Origin: a bacterium
GTDB lineage: Bacteria; Verrucomicrobiota; Kiritimatiellia; CAIKKV01; CAITUY01
DNA length: 64,000 bases
Assembly: GCA_037128595.1 (NCBI GenBank)
Contig: JBAXWB010000011.1
Span: forward strand, 17,714 to 81,713
Direction: 5' to 3'
Shown in pieces: positions 1-9,625 of this stretch. Position numbers and translations under genes: made by a program. Every line of letters starts with the position of its first letter. The first letter of the stretch is position 1. The notes beneath the pieces were generated by a model. That model searched no databases, was not told where the DNA came from, and was given only the letters and a program-made list of their open reading frames with translations.

Positions 1-2
1 TG

Positions 3-434
3 GCGCACTGGGAGTCGCAACTGACCGGAAAAAAGAAGGAATACCCCATTGAGGCTGAAACACGAGATATCCCCTCTTTAATGTATTACTTGAGAAACCA
101 GACCTTTAATGTCGGGACCCAGCAGCATTTCCGGGTTCAGGCGGACGAAAAAGTCTACGACCTGTGGCTCAACGTCCAAAAGAAAGAAAAGATCGACACC
201 CCGAACTATGGCAAAGTGGCCAGCATCAAGGTGGAACCGGAAGCCGCCTTTAATGGACTCTTTGTCCGCAAGGGGAAACTCTGGATCTGGATATCCGATG
301 ACCCGCGCGCCGTGGGTACCCGGATCGAGGCAAGCATCCCGGTCGCCAATGTGCGGGCGGTGGTCATGCAGGTGGAAGGTCCGGGTACTGATTTCTGGGT
401 AAAACCCAAGGGAACCGACAAAAAAGACCCTTAA
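3..434 (+). CDS. hypothetical protein, C-terminal part (reading frame is open from the window start; gene is 5'-truncated by the window)
   Basis: Frame 3 is open from nt 3 to the stop at 432-434. An internal ATG at 81 is what the ORF track reports. No confident family assignment from sequence alone. Confidence 0.45.
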   Translation, partial: AHWESQLTGKKKEYPIEAETRDIPSLMYYLRNQTFNVGTQQHFRVQADEKVYDLWLNVQKKEKIDTPNYGKVASIKVEPEAAFNGLFVRKGKLWIWISDDPRAVGTRIEASIPVANVRAVVMQVEGPGTDFWVKPKGTDKKDP

Positions 435-517
435 AAACAAGGGGCCGGACAGAATTATTACGTTCTTTGCTAAACGTAGTGGATTTCACCCGAAAAAAAG
501 TTTACTCTTAGGTCGTT

Positions 518-1951
518 ATGAATATTGCGATTCCAAAAATCATTCAAGGCGGGATGGGTACCGGTGTTTCAAACTGGCGTTTGGCGCAGACGGTCTCCAA
601 ACTCGGACAACTCGGCGTCGTTTCCGGCACCGGGCTTGATCACGTGATGGTCCGCCGCCTTCAGGATGGTGACCCGGAAGGACATATTCGTCGTGCCTTG
701 AGCCATTTTCCTTTCCAGAAGATGGTCCAGACCATCCTGAATAATTATTTTATTCCCAACGGGAAGGCCCCCGACGCGCCCTATCGCAATTTCGGTCCGC
801 ACGCCGTGTCAGGCAAACGGGAACCCCAGGAGCTCTGTATCGCCGCCAATTTCGTGGAAGTCTTCCTCGCCCGCGAGGGACACACCAATCCTGTCGGCAT
901 CAATTATCTGGAGAAAATCCAGTTGCCACATCTCCCCTCGATTTACGGGGCCATGCTGGCCGGTGTCAGTGTTGTCATTATGGGCGCCGGCATCCCCATC
1001 GAAATTCCAGGCATTCTGGACGTTCTCGTCAACCACGAAGCCGTCTCCTACCCGATCCATGTAACGACGCAGAAGGCCGGCGGCGAAATGATCCGGCTCG
1101 AGTTTAACCCGCACGATTTCCAGGAAGATACCACCACCCCGTTGGCCGCCCTGCATCGCCCGGCCTTTCTGCCCATCGTGTCCTCCGATACTCTGGCCAC
1201 CATGCTGATTCGGCGTTCCACCGGGAGCATCCAGGGCTTTATCATTGAGGGGCCCCTGGCTGGCGGTCACAATGCCCCTCCCCGCGGCAAACTCCAGTTA
1301 TCCGCGCTTGGCGAACCGATCTATGGCCCGCGTGATACCGTTGATCTGGCGGCCTTCCGTGAGATGAAATTGCCCTTCTGGCTGGCCGGCAACTACGGGT
1401 CCGCCGCTAAACTCGCCGCCGCCCTGGCAGAAGGCGCCTCCGGGGTTCAAGTGGGAACCGCCTTTGCCTTGTGTGTTGAATCCGGAGTGACCCCGGAATT
1501 ACGGCGGGCCCTGGTTCAAAAGGCACTGGATGGCAAGGCGAAAATTTTCACGGATCCCCTGGCTTCACCGACCGGGTTCCCCTTCAAAGTCGCCTGTCTG
1601 GAAGGAACGCTTTCAGAGCCTGAAATATACAATCAGCGAAAACGGGTCTGCGACCTGGGCTTCCTGCGCGAAGTGTATCGCAAGGATGACGGCACCATCG
1701 GCTATCGTTGCCCGGCGGAACCCGTCGCGTCCTATGTGGCCAAAGGCGGCAAAGTCGAGGATACGGTCAACCGGAAATGCCTCTGCAATGGACTGGTCTC
1801 GGACATCGGGTTCCCGCAGCATTTCAGGGGCGGCGGCCACGAATGGCCGATCCTCACCCTGGGCGATGACTACGTCAACATTAGCCAATTCTGCAAGCCC
1901 GGTAGCCTCGATTTCACCGCCGCTGATGTCATTAGAACCATCCTCGGGTAA
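518..1951 (+). CDS. nitronate monooxygenase / 2-nitropropane dioxygenase (NMO) family flavoprotein with a roughly 120-aa Cys-containing C-terminal extension
   Basis: N-terminal IIQGGMG..VS..LA.AVS..G.LG motif and TIM-barrel FMN oxidoreductase pattern. At 477 aa it is longer than typical NMOs. Confidence 0.7.
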   Translation: MNIAIPKIIQGGMGTGVSNWRLAQTVSKLGQLGVVSGTGLDHVMVRRLQDGDPEGHIRRALSHFPFQKMVQTILNNYFIPNGKAPDAPYRNFGPHAVSGKREPQELCIAANFVEVFLAREGHTNPVGINYLEKIQLPHLPSIYGAMLAGVSVVIMGAGIPIEIPGILDVLVNHEAVSYPIHVTTQKAGGEMIRLEFNPHDFQEDTTTPLAALHRPAFLPIVSSDTLATMLIRRSTGSIQGFIIEGPLAGGHNAPPRGKLQLSALGEPIYGPRDTVDLAAFREMKLPFWLAGNYGSAAKLAAALAEGASGVQVGTAFALCVESGVTPELRRALVQKALDGKAKIFTDPLASPTGFPFKVACLEGTLSEPEIYNQRKRVCDLGFLREVYRKDDGTIGYRCPAEPVASYVAKGGKVEDTVNRKCLCNGLVSDIGFPQHFRGGGHEWPILTLGDDYVNISQFCKPGSLDFTAADVIRTILG

Positions 1952-1962
1952 CCCCCCTCCGG

Positions 1963-3246
1963 ATGAACCCGACCGTCTCATTCAAAACCATTGGGTGCCG
2001 GCTGAATCAGGCGGAAACCGCCGCCATGACGGCCAGCTTTACCCGGGCGGGCTACCAGCCTACCCCTTTTGGCACCCCGTGTGATGTCACCATCATTCAC
2101 GGCTGCGCGATCACCGGAAAAGCCGAACACAGCTCCCTTTACGCGGCCCGGCAGGCCAAACGTACCAACCCCGGAACGCTGGTGATTCTCGCCGGATGCC
2201 CCGCCGAAACCCTGGGCCCAACCTTGGAGCATCATCCCAGCGTGGACCTGACGGTCGGCCAAACTGAGAAATTCTCTATTCCGGAGAGGCTCCACCGCCT
2301 CCAGCCGGAACGATTTCCCCGCCCCCCGGCGACATGCCCCGACCCGCCTGTCCCTCACTTCGAAACCCAGCGCGCGCTCATCAAGGTACAGGATGGCTGC
2401 GACTTCCATTGCGCCTATTGCATTGTTCCCACCGCACGGGGTAACCCTGTGAGCCGCCCGTTAGCGGAAATCAGGGATGAAGTTCATCGCGTCGTCGAGG
2501 CCGGGTTCACCGAAATCATCCTGACGGGCGCCAATCTGGGCCGCTATCAGGATGGGCCCCATCCCTTGGTCGACCTGATCCGCACGCTCGAAGCGCTTCC
2601 CGCCCTCAAGCGAATCCGGCTCAGTTCCGTCGAAATCACCACCACAGAAGCGTCCATCATTGATCACATGGCGGCCTCTTCCAAACTCTGTCACTTCCTG
2701 CACATCCCGCTCCAAAGCGGAGACGATCGCACCCTGGCCGCCATGGGGCGCCGGTATGATGCGACGGCCTTTCGCAAAACCATTGACTACGCCGTCAGCC
2801 GGATTCCCGACCTGGGCCTGGGCACGGATATCATTGTGGGGTTCCCGGGCGAAAATGACGGCGCGTTTGACAACACCGTTAAACTGGTGCGCGACCTGCC
2901 GTTCAGTAATCTCCATATTTTCCCGTATAGCCGGCGCTCAGGGACCCGAGCCGATACCATGACGGACCAGATCCCCGATGCCAAAAAGAAGGAGCGCCTG
3001 CAGGCCTTAACCGTCATCGGCGAGACCAAGCGCCAGCTCTACGCCGAAAGCTTTATCGGCAAGCAGGTCAGCGTCTTGATCGAACGGGTCGACAAGGAAG
3101 GAAACGGCCATGGCTGGACGGGGCAATATGTTCAAGCCAGAATCACGGGCGCAGGCTTTGAGCCTCGCCAGATCGTCACCGCCTGCGTTACCCGGGCCGA
3201 AGCCGGGGCAATCGAGGCCCACATCAGGTCTTGTGACGGTAGGTAA
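1963..3246 (+). CDS. mtaB: tRNA methylthiotransferase, MtaB/MiaB-family radical SAM enzyme (MTTase N domain, CxxxCxxC radical-SAM motif, C-terminal TRAM)
   Basis: The protein carries the radical-SAM motif [11 protein letters not shown]. It has an N-terminal MTTase cysteine triad (C..C..C) and a C-terminal TRAM-like region. The ATG lies 11 nt after the upstream stop. Confidence 0.8.
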   Translation: MNPTVSFKTIGCRLNQAETAAMTASFTRAGYQPTPFGTPCDVTIIHGCAITGKAEHSSLYAARQAKRTNPGTLVILAGCPAETLGPTLEHHPSVDLTVGQTEKFSIPERLHRLQPERFPRPPATCPDPPVPHFETQRALIKVQDGCDFHCAYCIVPTARGNPVSRPLAEIRDEVHRVVEAGFTEIILTGANLGRYQDGPHPLVDLIRTLEALPALKRIRLSSVEITTTEASIIDHMAASSKLCHFLHIPLQSGDDRTLAAMGRRYDATAFRKTIDYAVSRIPDLGLGTDIIVGFPGENDGAFDNTVKLVRDLPFSNLHIFPYSRRSGTRADTMTDQIPDAKKKERLQALTVIGETKRQLYAESFIGKQVSVLIERVDKEGNGHGWTGQYVQARITGAGFEPRQIVTACVTRAEAGAIEAHIRSCDGR

Positions 3247-3454
3247 TGCGACCTTTGGTCAGGTCGTAGGGGGAAATTTCCACGGTAACCTTGTCGCCGG
3301 AAGTGATACGGATGAAATGCTTGCGCATTTTCCCGGAGATATGAGCGAGGATTTCGTGCCCGTTCTCCAATTTCACCCGATACATGGTCGCGGGCAAAAC
3401 CTTGGTCACGACTCCATCAACGCGGATCATATCATCTTTTGCTTCTTCGGCCAT
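3224..3454 (-). CDS. infA: translation initiation factor IF-1
   Basis: [21 protein letters not shown]...[13 protein letters not shown] is classic IF-1 (S1-like OB fold). Start chosen at the internal ATG preceded by AGGAG with a 6-nt spacer. The longer ORF-track start lacks an SD. Confidence 0.9.
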   Translation of the reverse strand: MAEEAKDDMIRVDGVVTKVLPATMYRVKLENGHEILAHISGKMRKHFIRITSGDKVTVEISPYDLTKGRITYRHKT

Positions 3455-3622
3455 AGTCTCTCCTGAATATCCCAACCAATTAATTCGGTCGAATAGATAC
3501 CATGCCCTCCCCCTTATTGTCAATATTGAGGAAAATATCTGATTGAATCCAACCCCTCTTGATGGTACTTTCTGCCGCTCATTTCCGGAGCCAGTAACGG
3601 GCTCTCAGCCAGGAGTATTCTC

Positions 3623-6600
3623 GTGTATTTGAAATCCATTCATATGGTCGGGTTCAAGAGTTTCGCGAATCCCACAACCTTAAATTTTGAACCGGGTATG
3701 ACCGCGATTGTCGGTCCCAATGGCTGCGGCAAAAGCAATGTGTCGGACGCCGTGCGCTGGGTACTGGGTGAGACGAGCGCCAAGGCCCTCCGCGGATCCA
3801 AGATGGAAGATGTCATTTTTAACGGAACCGATACCCGCAAACCCGTGGGCATGGCCGAAGTCAGCATCACCTTTACAGATTGCGAACAAACTCTCGGCAC
3901 CGACTACCATGAAGTCACGGTCACCCGCCGGGTCTTCCGCTCAGGCGAAGGCCAGTATTTCATGAATAAAACCGCCTGCCGACTCAAGGACATCCAGCGG
4001 TTGTTCATGGATACCGGGATCGGCACCTCCTCCTACTCGTTGATGGAACAGGGCCGCATCGACCAGGTCTTGAGCTCCCGTCCCGAGGATCGCCGTGAAA
4101 TTTTCGAGGAAGCCAGCGGAATCACCCGCTTCAAGGCGGACAAAAAGGAAGCCCTGCGGAAACTGGAACAAACCGAGGCCAACCTGCTGCGTCTGGATGA
4201 CGTGGTCCGCGAAGTGAAGCGGCAGATCGGATCGCTTCAACGCCAGGCCGGCAAAGCCCGCCGCTATAAGGAACTGCGCGATCAGCTCCGGATGTTCGAT
4301 GTCTACTGGACGGCACGGAAACTGGAGAAAATGGATGGCGACCTTCAGATGCTCGACACCACCATCACCGAATTGGGTCAGAAAATCCAGGAATTGCACG
4401 AGACCCTGCAGCAGGGCGAAGCACGAGGCACCGAGTGGCGGGACGCCATCATGGAAATCGAGCAGCTGATTGGCGAGACCACCGAGGAACGCGCCACGGC
4501 CCAGACCCGGCTTGAACACAATAATGACCTGATCCGGATCAATCGTGACCGTATTGAGGAGCTCCGCAACCTGGCGGAACGCGACCGGCGCGACAGCGTG
4601 CTCGCCGCCTCCCAGGCCGAACAGCAACGGCTGACCCTGACCGCTCTCAAGGAAAACCTGCTGACCACCATTCAGGAACGGAACGACTCCGAGATCGAAT
4701 GGAACAAGAAGAACGCGGATCTGGCCAGTCATGAAGTTCAGGTCGAAGCCGCCCGCAAGGAAATCCAGACGTTACGCGCCAGCGCCATGGCACTGGACCA
4801 TACCCTCTCGCAACTCCAGAACCAGTTGACCCAGCTCGAAGCCAAGCAGCAGGCGACCATTGTCCAACGCGAGCGCATGGCCGCGGAACATGCCCAGATC
4901 GAACGGGGTGCCGCCGAAACGGAATCCCAGCTCGGCCAGATCGCGGAGCACCTTGGCTCCCTGCAGCAGGAACTTGAAACACGGGAAGGCCGCCTCGAAT
5001 CGCTTCAATCGCTCCGGCACGAAAAAACCACGGAAATCGAGGCCTTACGCAAGGAATGCAGCGAGATTCAGGGGCAATTGGCCGTTAAGAAAGCCCAGAT
5101 CGAGATTCTGGAGGCGGACGAACAGTCGGCCAAGGATTTCCCCGAGGGCGCCCGCCTTGTCATGGACGCCACCAATCCCCTCGGCGTCAACGCCAAGGCG
5201 GTGCTGGGTGCACTGGCCAGCCACATTCAAACGGAACCCGAATACCGGACGGCCCTGGAGTCTGTCCTGCGGGCCTGGCTGGATGCCGTGGTCATTGCCG
5301 ATGCCCCGGATGCCCTAGCGATCCTCAAGGAATTGCAAACGCGCAAGGCCGGGGCGATCCGCCTGCTGGCGGCCAACGCCGCCGCCGCCACTCCCGCCGT
5401 GATTCCCGCCCCACCGGGAGCGCGCCGGTTATTTGACGTCATTACCTGTACCCCGTTCGCCAAACCGGCGGTGGCCCGCTTTCTCGCCAATATCTTTGTA
5501 GTGGACTCAACCGAAGCCATTCCCTCTGAAATTCCAGAAGGCAGCGCGGTCGTCACCCTCGGCGGAGTCGTCGCCCGGGCAGATGGCGCGTTCGAATACT
5601 GGGCCACCGATGCGCGCGCCAGCAACCCCCTGACCCGGCGCCACCAATTAACCGACCTGCATCAGGGGTTGGAAGGCCTTGATGAAGGCCTCGCCCGGCG
5701 CAGCCACGCGGTGGCCTCGCTGGCCGCCGAACTGACCGATCTGAACCGCAATATTGAGGAAGCCACCCAGCAGCTCACCGCCCAACGTCGTGCCGTGGCC
5801 CTGAAGGAAGGTGAATTCCAGATTGTCTCCAATGACGCCCGCCAATCGAAGCAAAAGCTGGAAGTCATGGCCTTTGAACTGGATAAACTCCGCCAGCAGT
5901 CCGGAAATGACACCGAGCGCCAGGGACTCAGCGGCCAGATCGCGGAAGGCCGCGCCAAACAGGCTGACATGCTCCGGCGTCTGGAGGAACTCACTCATTT
6001 GCTCCAGGACCTCGAGGGCCAGCGCAGTGCCTTGCAGGCGGCGGCCACCGAAGCCCGCCTCCGGTTCTCCGAAGCCCGCCAGAAAGCCGAGCACATGGAC
6101 TCACAGCTGGAGCCCATCCAACACCGGCTAGCCGAACTGGATTCCGTTATCAAGTCGCGCTCCGAGGGGCTCGTCCAGTACGAAAAGACCATTGAACAGC
6201 TCACCCATGCGACCGCCGAGGCGGAAAGCCAGCTCTCCACCCTGCAGGCCAACGCCTCCGCCCTGGCAGAGAAACTGGAATTGATCAAGCGCCAGCGCAC
6301 CGACAAGGTCAAGGAACTCTCCGTTCTGGAAGCCGAACTCATGGCCAAGCGGGAGCTCATGGACAAAATCCGGGATCAACGCTCCAAGCTGGAGGTCAAT
6401 AACGCCGAGCACAAGATGCGCCGGCAGAACCTGATCGATCGCGTCACCTCGGAGTGGACGCTGACCCTGGAAGATGTGATGCGTGCGCCCGAACCCCGAC
6501 CGGAGGGAGAAGACGCCCCACCGGTCACGGAAACACCGGCTTACGAGCAGGTCATCGCGGAGGTCCGCACCAAAATCGAGGCGATGGGCCCCGTCAATCT

Positions 6601-7237
6601 GGTGGCCATCGAGGAGTATCAGGAACATGAGGAACGCTATGCCTTCCTGACTGGCCAGCAACAGGATTTGATCAACGCCAAGGACCAGCTTATGGAAATG
6701 ATCAAAAAGATCAATCTGACCACCTCCGAACTGTTCGCCACCACCTTCGCGAAAATCAACGAGAACTTCCAGGTCATGTACGAACGTCTATTCAATGGCG
6801 GTTCGGCCAAGCTGGTCATGGTCACGGAGGACGATGTCCTGGAGAGCGGAATTGACATCATCGCCCGCCCGCCCGGGAAGCGCCTCCAAAGCGTATCCCT
6901 CCTGTCGGGTGGCGAGCGCACCATGACCGCCGTGGCCCTGCTGTTCTCTATTTACCTGATCAAGCCGAGCCCGTTCTGCCTGCTGGACGAACTGGATGCC
7001 GCGCTGGATGAATCCAACATCGGCCGATTCGTGACCGTGCTGGGCGACTTCCTCAAGATGTCGCAGTTCATCGTGATCACGCACAACCGGCGTACCATTG
7101 CGGCGGCCAGTGTGATTTACGGGGTCACCATGCAGGAGTCCGGAATTTCCCGCACCGTTTCCATGAAGTTTGCTGAATACGAACAGAGCAAGGACATGCA
7201 GCCCAATTCCAAGCGCATCATCATTCCGGTCAAGTAA
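3623..7237 (+). CDS. smc: chromosome segregation protein SMC
   Basis: N-terminal Walker A (GPNGCGKSN), long coiled-coil arms and a hinge. The C-terminal signature LSGGERTMTAVALLFSIY and a Walker B/D-loop are present. GTG start sits 8 nt downstream of AGGAG. Confidence 0.95.
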   Translation: MYLKSIHMVGFKSFANPTTLNFEPGMTAIVGPNGCGKSNVSDAVRWVLGETSAKALRGSKMEDVIFNGTDTRKPVGMAEVSITFTDCEQTLGTDYHEVTVTRRVFRSGEGQYFMNKTACRLKDIQRLFMDTGIGTSSYSLMEQGRIDQVLSSRPEDRREIFEEASGITRFKADKKEALRKLEQTEANLLRLDDVVREVKRQIGSLQRQAGKARRYKELRDQLRMFDVYWTARKLEKMDGDLQMLDTTITELGQKIQELHETLQQGEARGTEWRDAIMEIEQLIGETTEERATAQTRLEHNNDLIRINRDRIEELRNLAERDRRDSVLAASQAEQQRLTLTALKENLLTTIQERNDSEIEWNKKNADLASHEVQVEAARKEIQTLRASAMALDHTLSQLQNQLTQLEAKQQATIVQRERMAAEHAQIERGAAETESQLGQIAEHLGSLQQELETREGRLESLQSLRHEKTTEIEALRKECSEIQGQLAVKKAQIEILEADEQSAKDFPEGARLVMDATNPLGVNAKAVLGALASHIQTEPEYRTALESVLRAWLDAVVIADAPDALAILKELQTRKAGAIRLLAANAAAATPAVIPAPPGARRLFDVITCTPFAKPAVARFLANIFVVDSTEAIPSEIPEGSAVVTLGGVVARADGAFEYWATDARASNPLTRRHQLTDLHQGLEGLDEGLARRSHAVASLAAELTDLNRNIEEATQQLTAQRRAVALKEGEFQIVSNDARQSKQKLEVMAFELDKLRQQSGNDTERQGLSGQIAEGRAKQADMLRRLEELTHLLQDLEGQRSALQAAATEARLRFSEARQKAEHMDSQLEPIQHRLAELDSVIKSRSEGLVQYEKTIEQLTHATAEAESQLSTLQANASALAEKLELIKRQRTDKVKELSVLEAELMAKRELMDKIRDQRSKLEVNNAEHKMRRQNLIDRVTSEWTLTLEDVMRAPEPRPEGEDAPPVTETPAYEQVIAEVRTKIEAMGPVNLVAIEEYQEHEERYAFLTGQQQDLINAKDQLMEMIKKINLTTSELFATTFAKINENFQVMYERLFNGGSAKLVMVTEDDVLESGIDIIARPPGKRLQSVSLLSGGERTMTAVALLFSIYLIKPSPFCLLDELDAALDESNIGRFVTVLGDFLKMSQFIVITHNRRTIAAASVIYGVTMQESGISRTVSMKFAEYEQSKDMQPNSKRIIIPVK

Positions 7238-7249
7238 GCCGTTCAGATT

Positions 7250-8074
7250 ATGAATACTCCGCACGAAATCGACCCGGCCCGACTCCTTGAAATCGTTGTT
7301 CTGGCTGTACGGACCGCAGGCGATCATGCCAACGCCAACCGGCATCGCAGGATGGACACAATGATGGTGGCGGCCCATGACGTGAAGCTACAGCTCGACC
7401 TGGAATGTCAGAACATCATCTGGAGCCTCGTCCGCAAACATTTCCCGCAGCATGCCATCCTGGCGGAAGAAAGCGCCGATAAAGGACAACCGGCGGATGA
7501 CCCCCACCAGTCTCCCTATACCTGGATCATTGACCCGATCGACGGAACGGTGAATTTTTCACACGGCCTGCCCTGGTGGTGCTGTTCGGTGGCCGTAACC
7601 TATCAGGGCCAGACCGTGGCGGCGGCCGTCTATTCCCCCGCCACCCATGAGCTGTTCACGGCCGCCCGTGGCGGGACCGCCTGCTGCAACGGTCTTCCCC
7701 TCGCCGTCGCCGGGACCAAGGCACTCCGGGACTCCATGGTGCTGACCGGCCTGGATCAGAAGTCCACGGAACTCCCTCAGCGCTTGTCGCGTTTTCAGGC
7801 CATTTCAGACGCGGTTCAAAAAACACGCGTCATCGGGGCCGCCGCATTGGATATGTGCCGCGTGGCCGCCGGCCAGGCGGATGGCTATTTTGAAGCGGGC
7901 ATCTACACCTGGGATGTGGCCGCGGCCGGCCTGATCGTTGAACTCGCAGGCGGGCGCGTTGAAATTCTGGACAACCCCTCCCCCCATCGCCTCGTCTATA
8001 TGGCCACCAATGGCCACATCCACGACGAATTAAAAGCCCTGATTAACGGACTGGATTGCAAACGGAAAACCTGA
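7250..8074 (+). CDS. inositol monophosphatase family protein (SuhB-like)
   Basis: WIIDPIDGTVNFSHGLPWWCCSVAV matches the IMPase motif (DPIDGT). The C-terminal WD..AG motif is present. Confidence 0.8.
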   Translation: MNTPHEIDPARLLEIVVLAVRTAGDHANANRHRRMDTMMVAAHDVKLQLDLECQNIIWSLVRKHFPQHAILAEESADKGQPADDPHQSPYTWIIDPIDGTVNFSHGLPWWCCSVAVTYQGQTVAAAVYSPATHELFTAARGGTACCNGLPLAVAGTKALRDSMVLTGLDQKSTELPQRLSRFQAISDAVQKTRVIGAAALDMCRVAAGQADGYFEAGIYTWDVAAAGLIVELAGGRVEILDNPSPHRLVYMATNGHIHDELKALINGLDCKRKT

Positions 8075-8116
8075 AGTCCGGCCACCGGAGTCAGGAGACA
8101 GGATTCAGGAAACACC

Positions 8117-9625
8117 ATGAGTTTTAGAACACCTTTGATTCATCACACGATCCGGGCCCTGGTGCTGAGCATCATGCTGGGGCTCCCTTTGACCAGCCTG
8201 GCAGGGATTGACCGTCAGCGCCAGTCCGTCGCCAAGATCTACGTCACTGTGCAGCAGGAGGATTTCCGCCAGCCCTGGCAGTCCAGCCCGCCGATGAGCG
8301 GCAATGGCTCGGGCTTCATTATCAAGGGAAAGCGCCTGATGACCAACGCCCACGTCGTCTCTGATGCCCGCTTCATTGAAGTCCAGCGCGAAGGCGACAC
8401 CCGTAAATTTCCGGCGCACGTCCGGTTCATTGCCCACGACTGCGACATTGCCGTACTGGAAGTCAATGATGAAGCGTTCTTCGAAGGAACCAAACCCCTG
8501 ACGTTCGGCACCACCCTCCCCAGCCTGAATGACGCCGTGATCGTGCTGGGCTACCCCATGGGGGGCGGCCGCCTGTCTCTCACCAAAGGCGTGGTTTCCC
8601 GCATTGACTACAACCTCTATGCGCACAGTTCCATCGACTCCCACCTGGTGATGCAGGTGGATGCGGCGATCAATCCCGGCAATAGCGGCGGACCGGTGCT
8701 CTTCGACAACAAAGTCATCGGGATCGCGTTCCAGGGCATCGAGGCCTCGCAAAACATCGGCTATACCATCCCGCTCCCGGTCATCGAGCACTTCCTCAAG
8801 GATATTGACGACGGGACCTACGATGGTTACCCGGAACTGGGCGTGGACCATCTCCGCACCGAAAACCCGGCCTTACGCGTGAACCTCGGGCTCCCTAACG
8901 GGAGCAGCGGGGTGGTCGTCGCCAATGTGGACCCTTATGGGGCGGCGGCGGGACTGCTTAAGCCCCGCGATGTACTGCTGGCCATTGACGGCCACCCCAT
9001 TGCCAATGATGGTTCCGTCCGTCTGGATAACAACACGGTGGAATACACGGAGTTCGTGGAGCGCAAGCAATGCACCGAGAGCATCAATTTCACCATCTGG
9101 CGCGAGGATCAAACGCTCGCGATCGTGGTCCCCTTGAGGCGCAAGCCGGACCCGTTCATCTTCCGCCAAACCTATGACCAGAAGCCGGAGTACTTTATTG
9201 CCGGGGGCCTGATTTTCTCCCCCCTCAGCCGTGGCTATCTGGCCACACTGGGCACCGAACTCAATACCCCGCCGGCCCAGCACCTGCTTTACACCGCCCG
9301 CTACGCCAAACTCGACAACCTGATCAAGGATCGCAGTCAGTTCGTCCTGCTCACCGGACGCCTGCCCCACCCCGTCAACACCTATTGCACCAGTCACTTC
9401 AACCAGATTCTGGCCTCCGTCAATGGCCAGCTGATCCGTTCGATCGGTGACCTGCCTGAAGCCCTGAAAAAACCGGTTCAAGGCTTCCATGTCTTCCGCT
9501 TTGAAGGCCAGGATGACCCCCTGATCATGGATGCAGGGCAGGCCGCCAAAGCTGACTCTGAGATACTGACCCATTATAGCATCCCCTCCCTCTCCCGTAT
9601 TCTCCCAGCCCAGGAGGCCAAATAA
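8117..9625 (+). CDS. secreted trypsin-like serine protease, S1C/HtrA-like (catalytic His-Asp-Ser intact, PDZ domain, roughly 170-aa C-terminal extension)
   Basis: Signal peptide present. Triad motifs are TNAHVV (His), DCDIAVL (Asp) and GNSGGPV (Ser). A PDZ-like segment GSSGVVVANVDPYGAAAGLLKPRDVLLAIDG follows. Confidence 0.8.
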   Translation: MSFRTPLIHHTIRALVLSIMLGLPLTSLAGIDRQRQSVAKIYVTVQQEDFRQPWQSSPPMSGNGSGFIIKGKRLMTNAHVVSDARFIEVQREGDTRKFPAHVRFIAHDCDIAVLEVNDEAFFEGTKPLTFGTTLPSLNDAVIVLGYPMGGGRLSLTKGVVSRIDYNLYAHSSIDSHLVMQVDAAINPGNSGGPVLFDNKVIGIAFQGIEASQNIGYTIPLPVIEHFLKDIDDGTYDGYPELGVDHLRTENPALRVNLGLPNGSSGVVVANVDPYGAAAGLLKPRDVLLAIDGHPIANDGSVRLDNNTVEYTEFVERKQCTESINFTIWREDQTLAIVVPLRRKPDPFIFRQTYDQKPEYFIAGGLIFSPLSRGYLATLGTELNTPPAQHLLYTARYAKLDNLIKDRSQFVLLTGRLPHPVNTYCTSHFNQILASVNGQLIRSIGDLPEALKKPVQGFHVFRFEGQDDPLIMDAGQAAKADSEILTHYSIPSLSRILPAQEAK

